This document shows, piece by piece, positions 1 to 11,002 of a stretch of DNA of 64,000 bases. Location: positions 7,566,001 through 7,630,000 of the forward strand of contig OZ249436.1 in the NCBI GenBank assembly GCA_965235115.1, written 5' to 3'. Position 1 is the stretch's first letter, and every line of letters starts with the position of its first letter. Below the pieces are notes generated by a model. It was given only the letters and a program-made list of their open reading frames with translations, did no database searches and was not told the origin of the DNA. The position numbers were made by a program, and so were the translations under genes. Source of the DNA: Laetmonice hystrix (taxonomy: Eukaryota).

Positions 1-172
1 ACATTGTCCTGATTTTGCCAAATCGGTGAGTTATCGCCCTATTTGTGAGTGTATGTTTTTTTTTTCACTCACTCTGTAAGTAGGCCTACTAAGTCGTTTT
101 TTATTGCTTCATGATAGGTCTAAGAAATCTTAATATTTTCCATCTTCAACATACTTTTCTCTTTTTGAACAG

Positions 173-474
173 ATGGTTGCTGCGAAATTCTGGGATACGG
201 GTCACAATGCGCAATTCTCGTGGTGAAAGCTGCGCTCACGTGGCCGCGAAGTACGGTCACGTGGCATGCCTGCGTCTAATCCTATTTCACGGGAGAGTTC
301 GACCTGGAGTTGTTGTCAGGGATAACAATCGGCACGGAATGTCGGTCGTCCACTTGGCTGTTGTCGGCGGGCATCACGGCACTGTTGTTTGGCTCACCAA
401 TACCTTTGGTAAAAATGTGGGTCTCCTCCGGAACGGTCAGGGACAGACTGCGCTGCATTTGGCAGCAGCAGGAG
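173..474 (+). CDS. Ankyrin gene exon (three ankyrin repeats)
   Basis: Pyrimidine tract + AG at 171-172; GGAG|GTAAAA donor; WLLRNSG...AHVAAKYGH...VHLAVVGGH...QTALHLAAAG. Confidence 0.9.
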
Positions 475-3400
475 GTAAAATGTCCTTCAATAATTTTGTA
501 TGAGGGATATTAGGCTAATTACAGAAAAAATACTCAATATCCACATTTTATTCCGGATTTTCTTTTGTAGCACCCTGCAGCAAAAGTGGAATAAGTGAAA
601 AGCATGTTATTTGTTCGGATAGGCCTATTTCAACTCGGATGAACAGGGATAACTTTTTTTTAGGCCAGGTTTTCCAACTTCTTTTACAGTTAGAAAATAT
701 TCGAGCAGACGTGACTCATATATTGGTCTGTGTCTATAGATGTCTACCTCTTCAAGTTCCTGTTTGCTGTGATGCACTGACGTGGGGATTAGAGCTCTAG
801 TGCGTGCGATTTTGCTTGACACGCATCATACAAGTTACCTATAGGCCTCGACCAGGCTAAAACAGTTTCCTATCTACCTATAGGGCGTCTAAAATGTACG
901 GAGGCTCTCTGTTGGCTTGGTCCCGATGTCGTTAACGCAACGGATGACGTAGGTATGTCGGCCCTACCTACCTATCAAGAATCCGGGGATACATGGGCCT
1001 AAAGGTCTAGATCTAGATCTATAGGCCTAGGCCAATATGATAAGGTGTAGAAGTTTAAATAGATTCCACACAAGTTTCCATTGTCCAAAATGTCATCATA
1101 ATACTATATAATATTGTGTAGGCCCATGTATGGTTAATCTGACTTTCTATAGGATGCACTGCAGTCTATTACGCCTCTCAAGAGGGCCGGGCCATGACGT
1201 TACGCCATCTGGTGGATATCGCAAGGTCAAACCTTCATGTCAACACAAAGGACGGCCTGACCCCTCTTCATGTTGGATACATTGAATTTCTTTAACAATT
1301 ACCAAAATCTATTGAAACAATAAATAGGCTGACCACATAATAATGTAATATAGGCCCATTAGGCTACTCTTATAGCAGGGATAGACCTATGGCATTTTGT
1401 CTATCGAGGCCTAAACGTTTGTAGGCTAGTTGTGGCTTTTTCGTATTTGAATAAATGTGATTGCCTGTTAATGCCACGGTATCAATTTTGATGGAACCCG
1501 ATTTAATTGATTGTCAGGCAGCTGCACAGACAGGAAGGGTTGACATTGTCCATTTCCTTTTGCGAAAAGTGCGGGGAACCGACAATCTGCGTAGGTGGAC
1601 AAAAGACGGAGCTACAGTGTTCCACATGGCTGCAGGTATTTCTGATGCCATCAGCCTAGCTGGAAGCCTAGCAACTCTGATGTAGGCCCACGTAAAGACC
1701 TAGAGTATAGCGTGGTGCATGGCGCACCCCGGGGTAAGACGCCCGGCGGCATATCTCGCTTATAATTGCTGAACGTTGCTGCCACCTAGTGTTTTCTAGA
1801 AGTTTTACGCGCGACCGGAAGCCGTCCTATCCGACTAGCTACGCTAAGCCAGTTTCCCGGGGACTAGATCAAAATGATGTTTTTGCCCCTTTTTGAGTAA
1901 GGTCCGAAATTCACACATTTATCTGAAAAAGGGAGAGGATGTTGAATCCATGAAAAACTACCAACCGGATATAGTTCATATAGGCCTAGTGCTATACTGT
2001 TTTCTCTTTGTTCAAAGCAAATGGTCAGTTGGATACTTTTGTTTAAGGCAAATGGTCAGTTGGATACTTTTGTTCAAAGCAAATGGTCAGTTGGATACTT
2101 TGGCGCTCCTACTGAAGCAGCCGGACGCCGATCATATAGTGCGCATGCGTGATGTGTTTGGAAGTAGCCCGGCCCATGACGCAGCCGAGAACGGACACAC
2201 CAACTGTCTCAGACTGTTGTATGCTGTGGGCCTCGACATGCACCAGCCCGATAAGGTGGGTAGGATTGGCTGGAGTATAGGCTCTTTCACGAAGAACTTT
2301 ATAGTAATAAATAAAGGATCTAGTATTCTAGGATCTATGGCAGAGACCTAGGGCATAAAAAGGTCACATCAACAAACAGCAATCTTCTCACGAAAAGGGG
2401 GGTATTGAAAACCGAAGGGCACTTTTTCGGTTGTAAAAAATGCTCTTTTGTTTGTAAAAATAACGCACTTTTGGTTGTAAAAAGGGCACTTGGGGGAATT
2501 TGGGCGGGGGGGGGGGGGGCATTAGATCCACCACTGCTATTATCTAATTAATAGGTATAGATATATGCCTTGACCCATTCTCGTGCTTCATGCCCGTAAT
2601 AAACTCTCGTCTCCACCTCGAGCCTATTAGTGCATAAAGAAGTCCTTTCCCTGACATGCAATATCCGCTAAATATCCGGTTTTCTCATACACGTCCCGTT
2701 CACTGAGTAATCACCTGCTCCCCAGGACGGACAAACGCCGTGTACTCTTGCGGTCCGCAGTGGTTGTGAGGGATGGCGGGAGTTTGACCGGATGTTAGAC
2801 GTTAACCAATCACTGAACGGGGACAGCGGCGGAACATGTGTGTCAAATCAAGGTGAGGTCCTTAAACGTGGCCTCTGTGTTGGCCTCATGGGTAGGCCTG
2901 TATCAGAACTGCTGTGGAAGAATGCCCCTAGCTTCACACACATTTGTGGCAGAGAAGCCGTAGGGATATCGTATGTTTTTAGGTTTAATATTTAATGCAA
3001 AGGCCTAGCATTTTTATATATATAATCATTGGAAAAATTAACCGGATTGGCAGTTGAAAGTTCAGAACGATTGCGCCGTAGATTTGTCACAGATTCTTTT
3101 ATTACAGACCCAAAACTTTACGTTTCCAATGAGATCGACCGTGGACAATACAAGCTGAACGTGAACGACTCTTCCTCTGCTGATACGTTCATGGTTGAGG
3201 TAATCCATCACTGATCAGGACCTATTGAGGGCTATCATACGGTTGGATTGAGACTCGAGGGAGTTGTGTAACTGATCAGGACCTATTGAGGGCTATCATA
3301 CGGTTGGATTTAGACTCGAGGGAGTTGTGTAACTGATCAGGACCTATTGAGGGCTATCATACGGTCGGATTTAGACTCGAGGGAGTTGTGTAACTGATCA

Positions 3401-6400
3401 GGACCTATTGAGGGCTATCATACGGTCGGATTGAGACTCGAGGGAGTTGTGTAACTGATCAGGACCTATTGAGGGCTATCATACGGTTGGATTTAGACTC
3501 GAGGGAGTTGTGTAACTGATCAGGACCTATTGAGGGCTATCATACGGTCGGATTTAGACTCGAGGGAGTTGTGTAACTGATCAGGACCTATTGAGGGCTA
3601 TCATACGGTCGGATTTAGACTCGAGGGAGTTGTGTAACTGATCAGGACCTATTGAGGGCTATCATACGGTCGGATTTAGACTCGAGAAAGTTGTGTAACT
3701 GATCAGGACCTGTTGAGGGCTATCATACGGTCGGATTTAGACTCGGGGGAGTTGTGTAATTGATCAGGACCTACTGGGGGCTACCATACGGCTGGATTTA
3801 GACTCGAGAAAGTTGTGTAACTGATCAGGACCTGTTGAGGGCTATCATACGGTCGGATTTAGACTCGAGGGAGTTGTGTAACTGATCAGGACCTATTGAG
3901 GGCTATCATACGGTCGGATTTAGACTCGAGGGAGTTGTGTACAAAAAGTTAACCTAACGTGTTTCAGTGAATCACTTTCGTTAGCCCTTGCACATCATCA
4001 GGCTCATGTAAAAATCAGGACCTCTGCGACGATAACGAATCCATGTCCTTTCACACAGGAGAAGAAAGGTCTGTTTAGGAGAATCAGGGAAACCTTGGAT
4101 GAGGAGCGACGCGTCCAGCAACTTTATGAACGGCATATTAACTTCATGAAAAGACATTTCACACCAAAACGGACTTTTCACAAACGTGTCAACCAACATT
4201 CTACATCATACGTTCAAAAAAATCGTAGGTTACACCAGATTATATTTCTTTTTTAATGAAAACTGATCGAATACTGTCCGTCTCTAAACATCTGCCGTCT
4301 GTATCAGACGTACTGTTAGCTAAGTATCAGATGTACTGTTAGCTAAGATTGCCCTTATCAGTAAACAGCTACTTGGAACATCTATGCTCTCAATTCAACT
4401 TCAAAACTAGACATGCAGATTGCAGGCAATCAGGTATCCCGTTCCTCTATGGATGTATCTAGAAAGGTTCTGTATAGCATGAAAGCAAGTCAATCATACC
4501 AATAATGAGCATAGGGTTACAAGAGAAAGACTGTGGGGAAGGTATATGCCAAATCTGGAGAAGATTCTCCAAAAAATGAGGGAGCAGATACATTTTGACC
4601 AGTACTGAGCATAGGGTACCGACAGACCACTTAGACACCTGTGTACACAAAGATTTCTTCCAAATAAAAAATATAAAAATGAATACCAAAAAAAAGGGTT
4701 GACATAGGTGGGATTTTTAGGCAATACCCTTGTCATAAAATTCCCATACATCTGTTCACACACATATTTTGTAGAGTGTTTCTGTAAATTCATGACCACA
4801 GTAATTAAGAACTAAGTAAAAAATATTCAAAAAAAATAAAAATCATGCCATGGGTAGGATTCGAATCCACGACCCTTGGCAAGGAAGTCCTACACTCTAC
4901 CACAGCACCATCCGTACACGCACACAATTAGTAGAGTCCTGCAATAAATGAATGACCATTGCCATTGGCATAGAAGTAAACAACGATGAATTACATCATA
5001 CCGGGGAGAAGCCATACCAGGCTAAAAAAGGTCCCCTATTGTAAGAGAGCTATTTACCAAGATTACCGGAGGTAGAACATATATAAAAAAATGAAAAAAT
5101 CTTTTGTCACAGGTGGGATTCGAACCCGAGACCTCTGGCATGAAGATCATAGACTCTACCACTAAGCCATCCGGGCACACACTCAATTTGTTGAGTGTTG
5201 CTGTAAATGAATCACCATAGTGGTAGAGAACTGTGTGTTACGTCATACCATCGTTACGTCATAGCAGGCTTATAAAGGACGCCTAGTGGAAGAGAATTAT
5301 GCCATTATCATTAGATATCAACGAAATTCCACGAACTTCCTCATTACATGCAAAATAGACAAAATTCAAAGTCACGTGACTCAGCGATATGACGTAATAT
5401 TTTAAAAAAAACTGCCATCAATCGATCCGCCCCACTATGATGAAGCTATAAATCAAATTTGGAGAAGATTCTGTAAAAAATGAAGGAGTAGATAGATTTT
5501 GACTGTTTTCTATGGCTTGACCTGTATGTCAGAAAGGTCAAAGGTCAAAGGTCAAATGTATGTGGTAAATGATAAAGGTACAAGTCCTAAGTGAGATGAC
5601 ATGAATAACTTTTGTCTATCTCTGACTGGAAGTGTACCACGTGATCTCAAAGTTGCCAAACATAATACGTCATAACATGACGTCATGACGTCATATGACA
5701 TATTCCATCATATGTTGAGGTCTCCATGTCATGATGTATCTAGCCTGAAAGTTTCATCCAGATATCTTGAAAACTGAGGGAGATATTGACCCGACCTTAA
5801 CTACAACAATAATAATAATAATAATAGTGTACACCCAAACCGTACAATTTCAGGATCCCGTTCCTCAGTCGGAGGAACGGGATAATAAGGTTAAACGTGA
5901 CTCTGCTATTCAACTTCTACTTTAGAAATGTAACAGATGGAAGTTCTATTTGATAAGGTAGTACAAAAAGGAGCGTATCTAGTGGGATGGAGCTGCAATA
6001 CGAATGGGTGCAGTAATCTTTGGGGCCGGGTTTCGAGTCGAGAAGGGCGCTTAACAATGTTCTCTGTCGAGACATTCTGAAAGTTATCTGGGTTACGCAT
6101 GATGCCCAGGGTATAGATATATATACCCTTAAAACGGCCGTGCCTTGGTTACATAGGCAGAGCCCCGGTCAGCATGCCAGTTGGCGGGAAGGTCCTGATC
6201 GTCAACCAACACGAAGACGGAAGTGACATCACCGCCGAAACATTTTTAGATGCCAGGTGATACTTTACTTTCTGTATACATCCTTGACCAAATGGCTTTC
6301 TTTTGTCTTTTCATTTCACATAATTATACACAGGCTAACCCCTTTATATTCCGTCCCCAAACTGTGCTAGCTCTGTATTGTGTTTCTTTCTATTTTTCTT

Positions 6401-8724
6401 TATAGGTTTGATGTATCAGGTACATTGCTATGTGTAAATATCGGTGAAATTTAGGCAGTGTTTAAAAAAACAAAACACCCTTACATGTAGGCCTGAATAT
6501 TCCCTCATTTGTCAGCTTTCGGGCACATTGATGTAGCATTGATGCATGCCGCTATATTTCTAATATTGTCGTAAATATATCTAGGCCTTTTGAATTTAGA
6601 AATGTCGAGTGGAAGGACACCTTACAACCAATATTGCGTGACACACCATCTAGAACGCCAACGGAAATGAAACCTTGTGAATTGTCTCCTTCCGGTTCTG
6701 AGGAAACACATGATACGTCCTGTGAAGATTGGCCGACGTCCAGCAGTAACCATGGAAACGTTAGAACGTCTTCTCGTCCCAATCTGGGGGTACCACATCC
6801 CGGAGTTCCGGCTGCACACGGTTCACATGGCAATACAACGGACGCAAGCACCCAGACTCATGAGCCAGTCGATGAGAAATATGATGAGAAAAATTATTTT
6901 AAATTCGGTCAACCCCTGCAGTCCAAAAGGTCTGACGAAGTGAAATGGCAAGAAGCGCCAGAGAAACTACGCCGTAGGGGAAAACACCGTTATAGGCCTA
7001 AATATTACCAAAAAGTTTTCCAAACTCGAGGGACATTGGAATCTATTCCCGAGGGTGGATCCACAGATTGGGTAGGCCCACCCGGGAAACCTACAACTGA
7101 TATGGCATCAGGCACTCGAGGTACGTACGTTCAAGTGCCGCAATTCGACTGTGCCAACGCTGGTGAAGTTACCTCTTTCCAAAATAACGAAGAGGGCTTT
7201 AACTGGCATCGTGCAACAACAAACGCACCATCTATATCTACGGTAAATGGCCTCCAGGACCTTTATGTTCAGGCTAATATGAGCACGAAGGCCTTTAGCT
7301 GTTGTCCCATTGAAACCGGGAAAGTGCCCATCCCCAATGATGGTCTCTCTGTTGATAAATTAGATCGCAGTTGTGCTGGAACATCATTAAAACAAAGAAT
7401 TCATCCTACAATAGATGCGCTGAAGACGATCCTGGAACGTTCAGGAATTATTGCCCCATACTTGGAACACCAGCGCAGTAGTTTCCGAGCCACTCGTGAA
7501 GGAGTTGTAGGAGAAGCAGAGCACACGGGAAACACTTCAGAGGAATTGGATCAAAGACAACTCGTCATGAAACATGATGGACGTCTTCCCAAGAAGTTTC
7601 TGTTTGAGAAGAAAGGAGAGACCGCAGGTGGGCGTCCAGCTGATGGGTTCACTCAGACGGGGACACTGCCAGAGAACCAACCTCCACAGGACACGGACGG
7701 TCACAACGGACAGCCATCAGCCGGTAGGTTCTACACAACCTCCACCAGGGAGGTGACTAACCTCGATCATGGCTTGGCGCTTTATTAGTGTAAGATTGCG
7801 CATTTGACAAGCTGAACACAATTAACTTTTCTTGCTCTAGTTTGTTCAGAGATCAACTATTGTAGCAACCACTTTTGTCATTTTTACCACTTTGTCACAG
7901 GTCACCACTTTTGTCGCATAAAATGCCCACCTTTGTCACAGGTCACCATTTTTGTCCCAAAATAGCCAACTTTTGTCGTTCTCGAGGGTACCACTTTATT
8001 CATAATTTTTGGACCAAATTTGTTAGGCCACGACTTTTGTCATGCACCATGCACTCTGCCCACTTTTGTCACACCGAACATTTCTCTCTAATAACCTTGA
8101 TTTTTAGACTGAAAAATCTCCTCCCCTCCTCCTGTGATATACCTGACTACTTGTATGATTCTGGCGTACAATGTACGATTTTTGAACCCGTTTGTACGTT
8201 GTACGATTTACGCATTTATTTTACATTTCTGTCAATGTCAAAAATACGATTTGTCAATTTGGCACACTTTAGAATAAGTCTGTAGTCTCCCCATGTGATT
8301 GAATGTAATCTGATGATGTGTAAAATTTCTAAAGATCATAATTTTCTATTAAATTTAAAGAGTTAAGTTTTGATGAAAAAATGAAAAAAACGCAACTCAA
8401 TTTTTTGTGGGTGGTTCGTACGCATGCGGCCTGGAATTGTGATCGGCATGGCATGAACAATTAATTTCGGCTCACCCTCGAATCTTGAAGTGTCGGGGTA
8501 TAGTTTTTGGAGTGTCGGGATAGTTATTGATGTCTTTGTGTAAAATGTGTGCTTAACGTGCTTCTAATAATGCGTAGGCTCGCAAGTTATAAAATTTGGC
8601 ACCGGTAAAAGAAAAGGCCGGAGAAAGCGTGTAAATGTATTTTCAATTTTTTCATTTCATTTTGAACAAAAGAGGATCCTCCCAGCCAGGTCTGCTTCGG
8701 TGCGCCGTGCATAGTAGTGATAGT

Positions 8725-8757
<33 letters not shown>

Positions 8758-8896
8758 GACAGACAAAGACAGACACAGGGGAAAGAGAGATAGGGGAGGG
8801 CAATAGAGAGAGGGAGAAAGAGAGAGAGAGGGTGAGAGAGAGAGGGGGAAGGAGAGATATGGGGGGAGAAAGAGATATGGGGGAGAGGCAGAGAGG

Positions 8897-8936
<40 letters not shown>

Positions 8937-10944
8937 AAAAAAGAAAAAGTGAATTTGGTCTTAGTCGACTAGATTCGTTCATCCTACCGTTCGAAGATCT
9001 GGCGTCTGAGACAACACGTGATAACCCAATGATAGCCGCCATACGGAACTATGCCACAGATCGACCCACTGACGGGGAACGGGTTGTATTGCTACATCCC
9101 TTTAGAAGAGTCGTATCGCACTTTTCTCAGCCTTGCACCCTCCCGGCTCCAAGTGGATACTGTGTGACTCATCATACTGTCAGTGTTTGAACCATCAGCA
9201 CGTGTTGCCAGACTACGACCGAACGTGGACCCATGCAAGCTCCTTCCGACCCATCAGCCAGTTCATGGGAGACAGACCCGAGTCTATCTAAGCGATACTT
9301 TCAGACGTGACCGTTCACTGTACATTTGACCAGTGGTTTCGTGGCTTTATATAGTATGGAGGTCAAGCTGGACCTCCAGAGTGGTGTCCCACACAACCAC
9401 ATTGTTTTACTAAGATAAAAACATTTTACAGGCAACAACCAAAACCCTGGAGGTGTAGATCCCGTCTGTAGCACTAAAAATAGGGGGACCATCCATAGTT
9501 TCTTCCTGGAAGTTGATTTTATTACAAGATATTAATAAAAATGATAAAATCAGGGCACCATGGACAATGAAGCACGTGACACCGACGTTCTGCATACGAC
9601 AGTCGTCACTCAACGTCAAGGTCCACATATTTACAGTCATTTATATACAAATTAGGATCTCACCTCCAAAACCAATTGCCTACATGGCTGTATTTTAGTG
9701 TGTTCTTTACCACAAAGCAATATAAGTGAACACCGACTTAAACATCAGAAGGTTTTACAAGTAGAACATATTTCTCATTAATCAAGACACCATTTCCACC
9801 GTCCTGTCTGTCCAAATGAAAACAAGGTGTACAACCAATCATGTCTGGCGGTGTCATACTGTCTACAGGTAAAACTGTTGACTGTAACTGACTGACGTAC
9901 AGAGTCACCGGCGTGAGGTGTGACAAACAAACCTGGAAAATAGAAACCACTATCTGGTATTTATAGCACAAGACTTTATTAGAGGAGGGCGTTTACTGGC
10001 ATAGCTTTCAACTACTCTATTTACCACACAGATCTTGCTTACTTTCATACAGTAATTCAATAAATTATGCCCAATGGTTAATTAATCACTTGTTTATCGT
10101 TTGTTCATGAAGTAGTTAAAGTTTTAATATCAACTAATGCAATATGTGCCCCTGACTTCATGGATCTGTTATCCGTAAACCATCTCATTTCTGCCACGCT
10201 GTCTTTTTTGGCCTTGACAAGTTTAACAAAACCGGTCAAAAAATTATGACTAAAGTGATATCCTTAAGAACGACAAAAGTGGGCGACGTTGTGACAAAAG
10301 TGGTAACCTGTGACAAAAGTGGGCATTTTGTGTGACAAAAGTGGTGACCTGTGACAAAAGTGGTAAAAATGACAAAAGTGGTTGCTACAACTATACATTA
10401 GCTTATGAAAGAACATACAGATCTGATCGCGTGCGTATTGATATTATGTCAGATCTTGTGTTTGGAGGAGCGATGGAAAGCAAGATGCTATAGGCCTGTA
10501 CTTCTTTTATCTAGATGGTCATGCTATTGTTTTAGGAGTGCATGCATACCTGCTCCGATGTTTCAGCCATGATCATCGGGAAAGATTTGAAGCGACACTG
10601 GACCGTGACTCTGAAGCACGCATCACCAGAATTGGGCAAGAAGTTAAAGAGTGTGGATGACATGTCGGAACTAGAGTTACTTTTTAAGGTATAACCTTAC
10701 ACCTCGATACGCCTACGTACGCCAATTAGCTGACGATGTAGACGGGTACACGTACATGGTGGTACACTTACCACCCAACTATAAATAGGGGTCTATTTTG
10801 CTATGCATACTCTAATATAGTAGTCACAGTCATATTAGTATACATGTAGTATATATTATTTTTCTGATAATAAGGACAATTTTATCATTTCAGCTGCGTG
10901 CCAACCACATGCTACAACCTGGCGAGCCTCGCGTAATGAAGTAG
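173..10944 (+). CDS. Espin-like ankyrin-repeat protein, 5'-partial spliced gene (about 850 aa in window)
   Basis: Phase-consistent GT-AG exons: 173-474, 884-952, 1153-1271, 1518-1635, 2080-2255, 2726-2852, 3108-3199, 4019-4068 (or 4002-4068, tentative), 6161-6256 (or 6157-6256), 6585-7723, 7841-7860+10395-10430 (split by a transposon), 10536-10688, 10894-10944 (TAG). Repeats GESCAHVAAKYGH, GQTALHLAAAGG, GCTAVYYASQEG, DGLTPLHAAAQTG, DGATVFHMAAANG, FGSSPAHDAAENGH follow the order of the espin ankyrin block as recalled. The ankyrin exons are secure; the C-terminal exons are less so. Confidence 0.8.
884..2852 (+). CDS. Ankyrin gene exons 884-952, 1153-1271, 1518-1635, 2080-2255, 2726-2852
   Basis: Joined in frame: GRLKCTEALCWLGPDVVNATDDVG-CTAVYYASQEG...DGLTPLH-AAAQTG...DGATVFHMAA-ANGQLDTL...SPAHDAAENGHTNC...PDK-DGQTPCTLA. 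Confidence 0.9.
2009..2101 (+). repeat. 31-bp x3 tandem repeat spanning a splice acceptor
   Basis: TGTTCAAAGCAAATGGTCAGTTGGATACTTT repeated three times. Confidence 0.9.
3211..3940. repeat. 61-bp x12 minisatellite
   Basis: CTGATCAGGACCTATTGAGGGCTATCATACGGTCGGATTTAGACTCGAGGGAGTTGTGTAA; starts 12 nt after a donor. Confidence 0.95.
4846..4917 (-). pseudogene. tRNA-derived sequence (copy 1) inside the HINE
   Basis: Minus strand TGGTGCTGTGGTAGAG...GGATTCGAATCC A/B-box-like motifs at tRNA spacing; stems do not pair. Confidence 0.55.
5105..5176 (-). pseudogene. tRNA-derived sequence (copy 2) inside the HINE
   Basis: Minus strand GCCCGGATGGCTTAGTGGTAGAG...GGGTTCGAATCCC; good A and B boxes; acceptor and anticodon stems unpaired. 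Confidence 0.65.
6585..7723 (+). CDS. Large low-complexity (Ser/Thr/Pro/Gly-rich) internal exon of the ankyrin gene
   Basis: Covered by the 384-aa ORF 6634..7788; acceptor AG at 6583-6584; donor CG|GTAGGT at 7724 (alternative GAG|GTGACT at 7753). Confidence 0.75.
7861..10389. mobile_element. Non-autonomous TIR DNA transposon, TGT...ACA ends, 5-bp TSD (Ginger2/TDD-like, tentative)
   Basis: About 160-bp TIRs starting TGTAGCAACCACTTTTGTCA; ACTAT duplicated at 7856-7860 and 10390-10394; repeated CCACTTTTGTCAC motifs; no recognisable transposase; internal (GACA)n/(GA)n at about 8726-8940. Confidence 0.9.
10536..10944 (+). CDS. Last two exons of the ankyrin gene (10536-10688, 10894-10944)
   Basis: TTTTAG|GAG...AAG|GTATAA and TTTCAG|CTG...TAG; translates ECMHTCSDVSAMIIG...ELLFK-LRANHMLQPGEPRVMK*; AATAAA at 10997. 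Confidence 0.7.
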
Positions 10945-10996
10945 ACACAAAAATGTATATTAGTTCATAGTTTAAAAACTTTATTATAATTTGTTT

Positions 10997-11002
10997 AATA
11001 AA
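10997..11002 (+). promoter_or_regulatory. Polyadenylation signal of the ankyrin gene
   Basis: AATAAA about 50 nt after the stop codon. Confidence 0.55.

Larger units (their letters stand above)
4403..5888. mobile_element. Non-autonomous Helentron-associated (HINE/DINE-1-like) element
   Basis: Starts AAAACTAGA; subterminal ATCCCGTTCCTC at 4436-4447; at the other end an (AAT)n microsatellite (about 5805-5826) then hairpin ATCCCGTTCCTC-agtcg-GAGGAACGGGAT (5855-5883) followed by AATAA. Confidence 0.7.

Noticed and set aside
1..25. Upstream ankyrin exon ending at CG|GTGAGT
   Set aside because: Phase fits, but the peptide (IVLILPNR) does not match the expected ankyrin helix; too little sequence to judge
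3211..3940. 61-bp array as CRISPR or hammerhead ribozyme multimer
   Set aside because: No unique spacers; CTGATCA rather than CTGANGA and no GAAA core
4846..5176. Functional tRNA genes
   Set aside because: A/B boxes are present but acceptor and anticodon stems do not pair
7875..8285. 136-aa ORF as a transposase
   Set aside because: Translation of the TIR motif array; no DDE features
10536..10944. Death domain at the ankyrin protein C-terminus
   Set aside because: Too short and lacks a recognisable death-fold pattern
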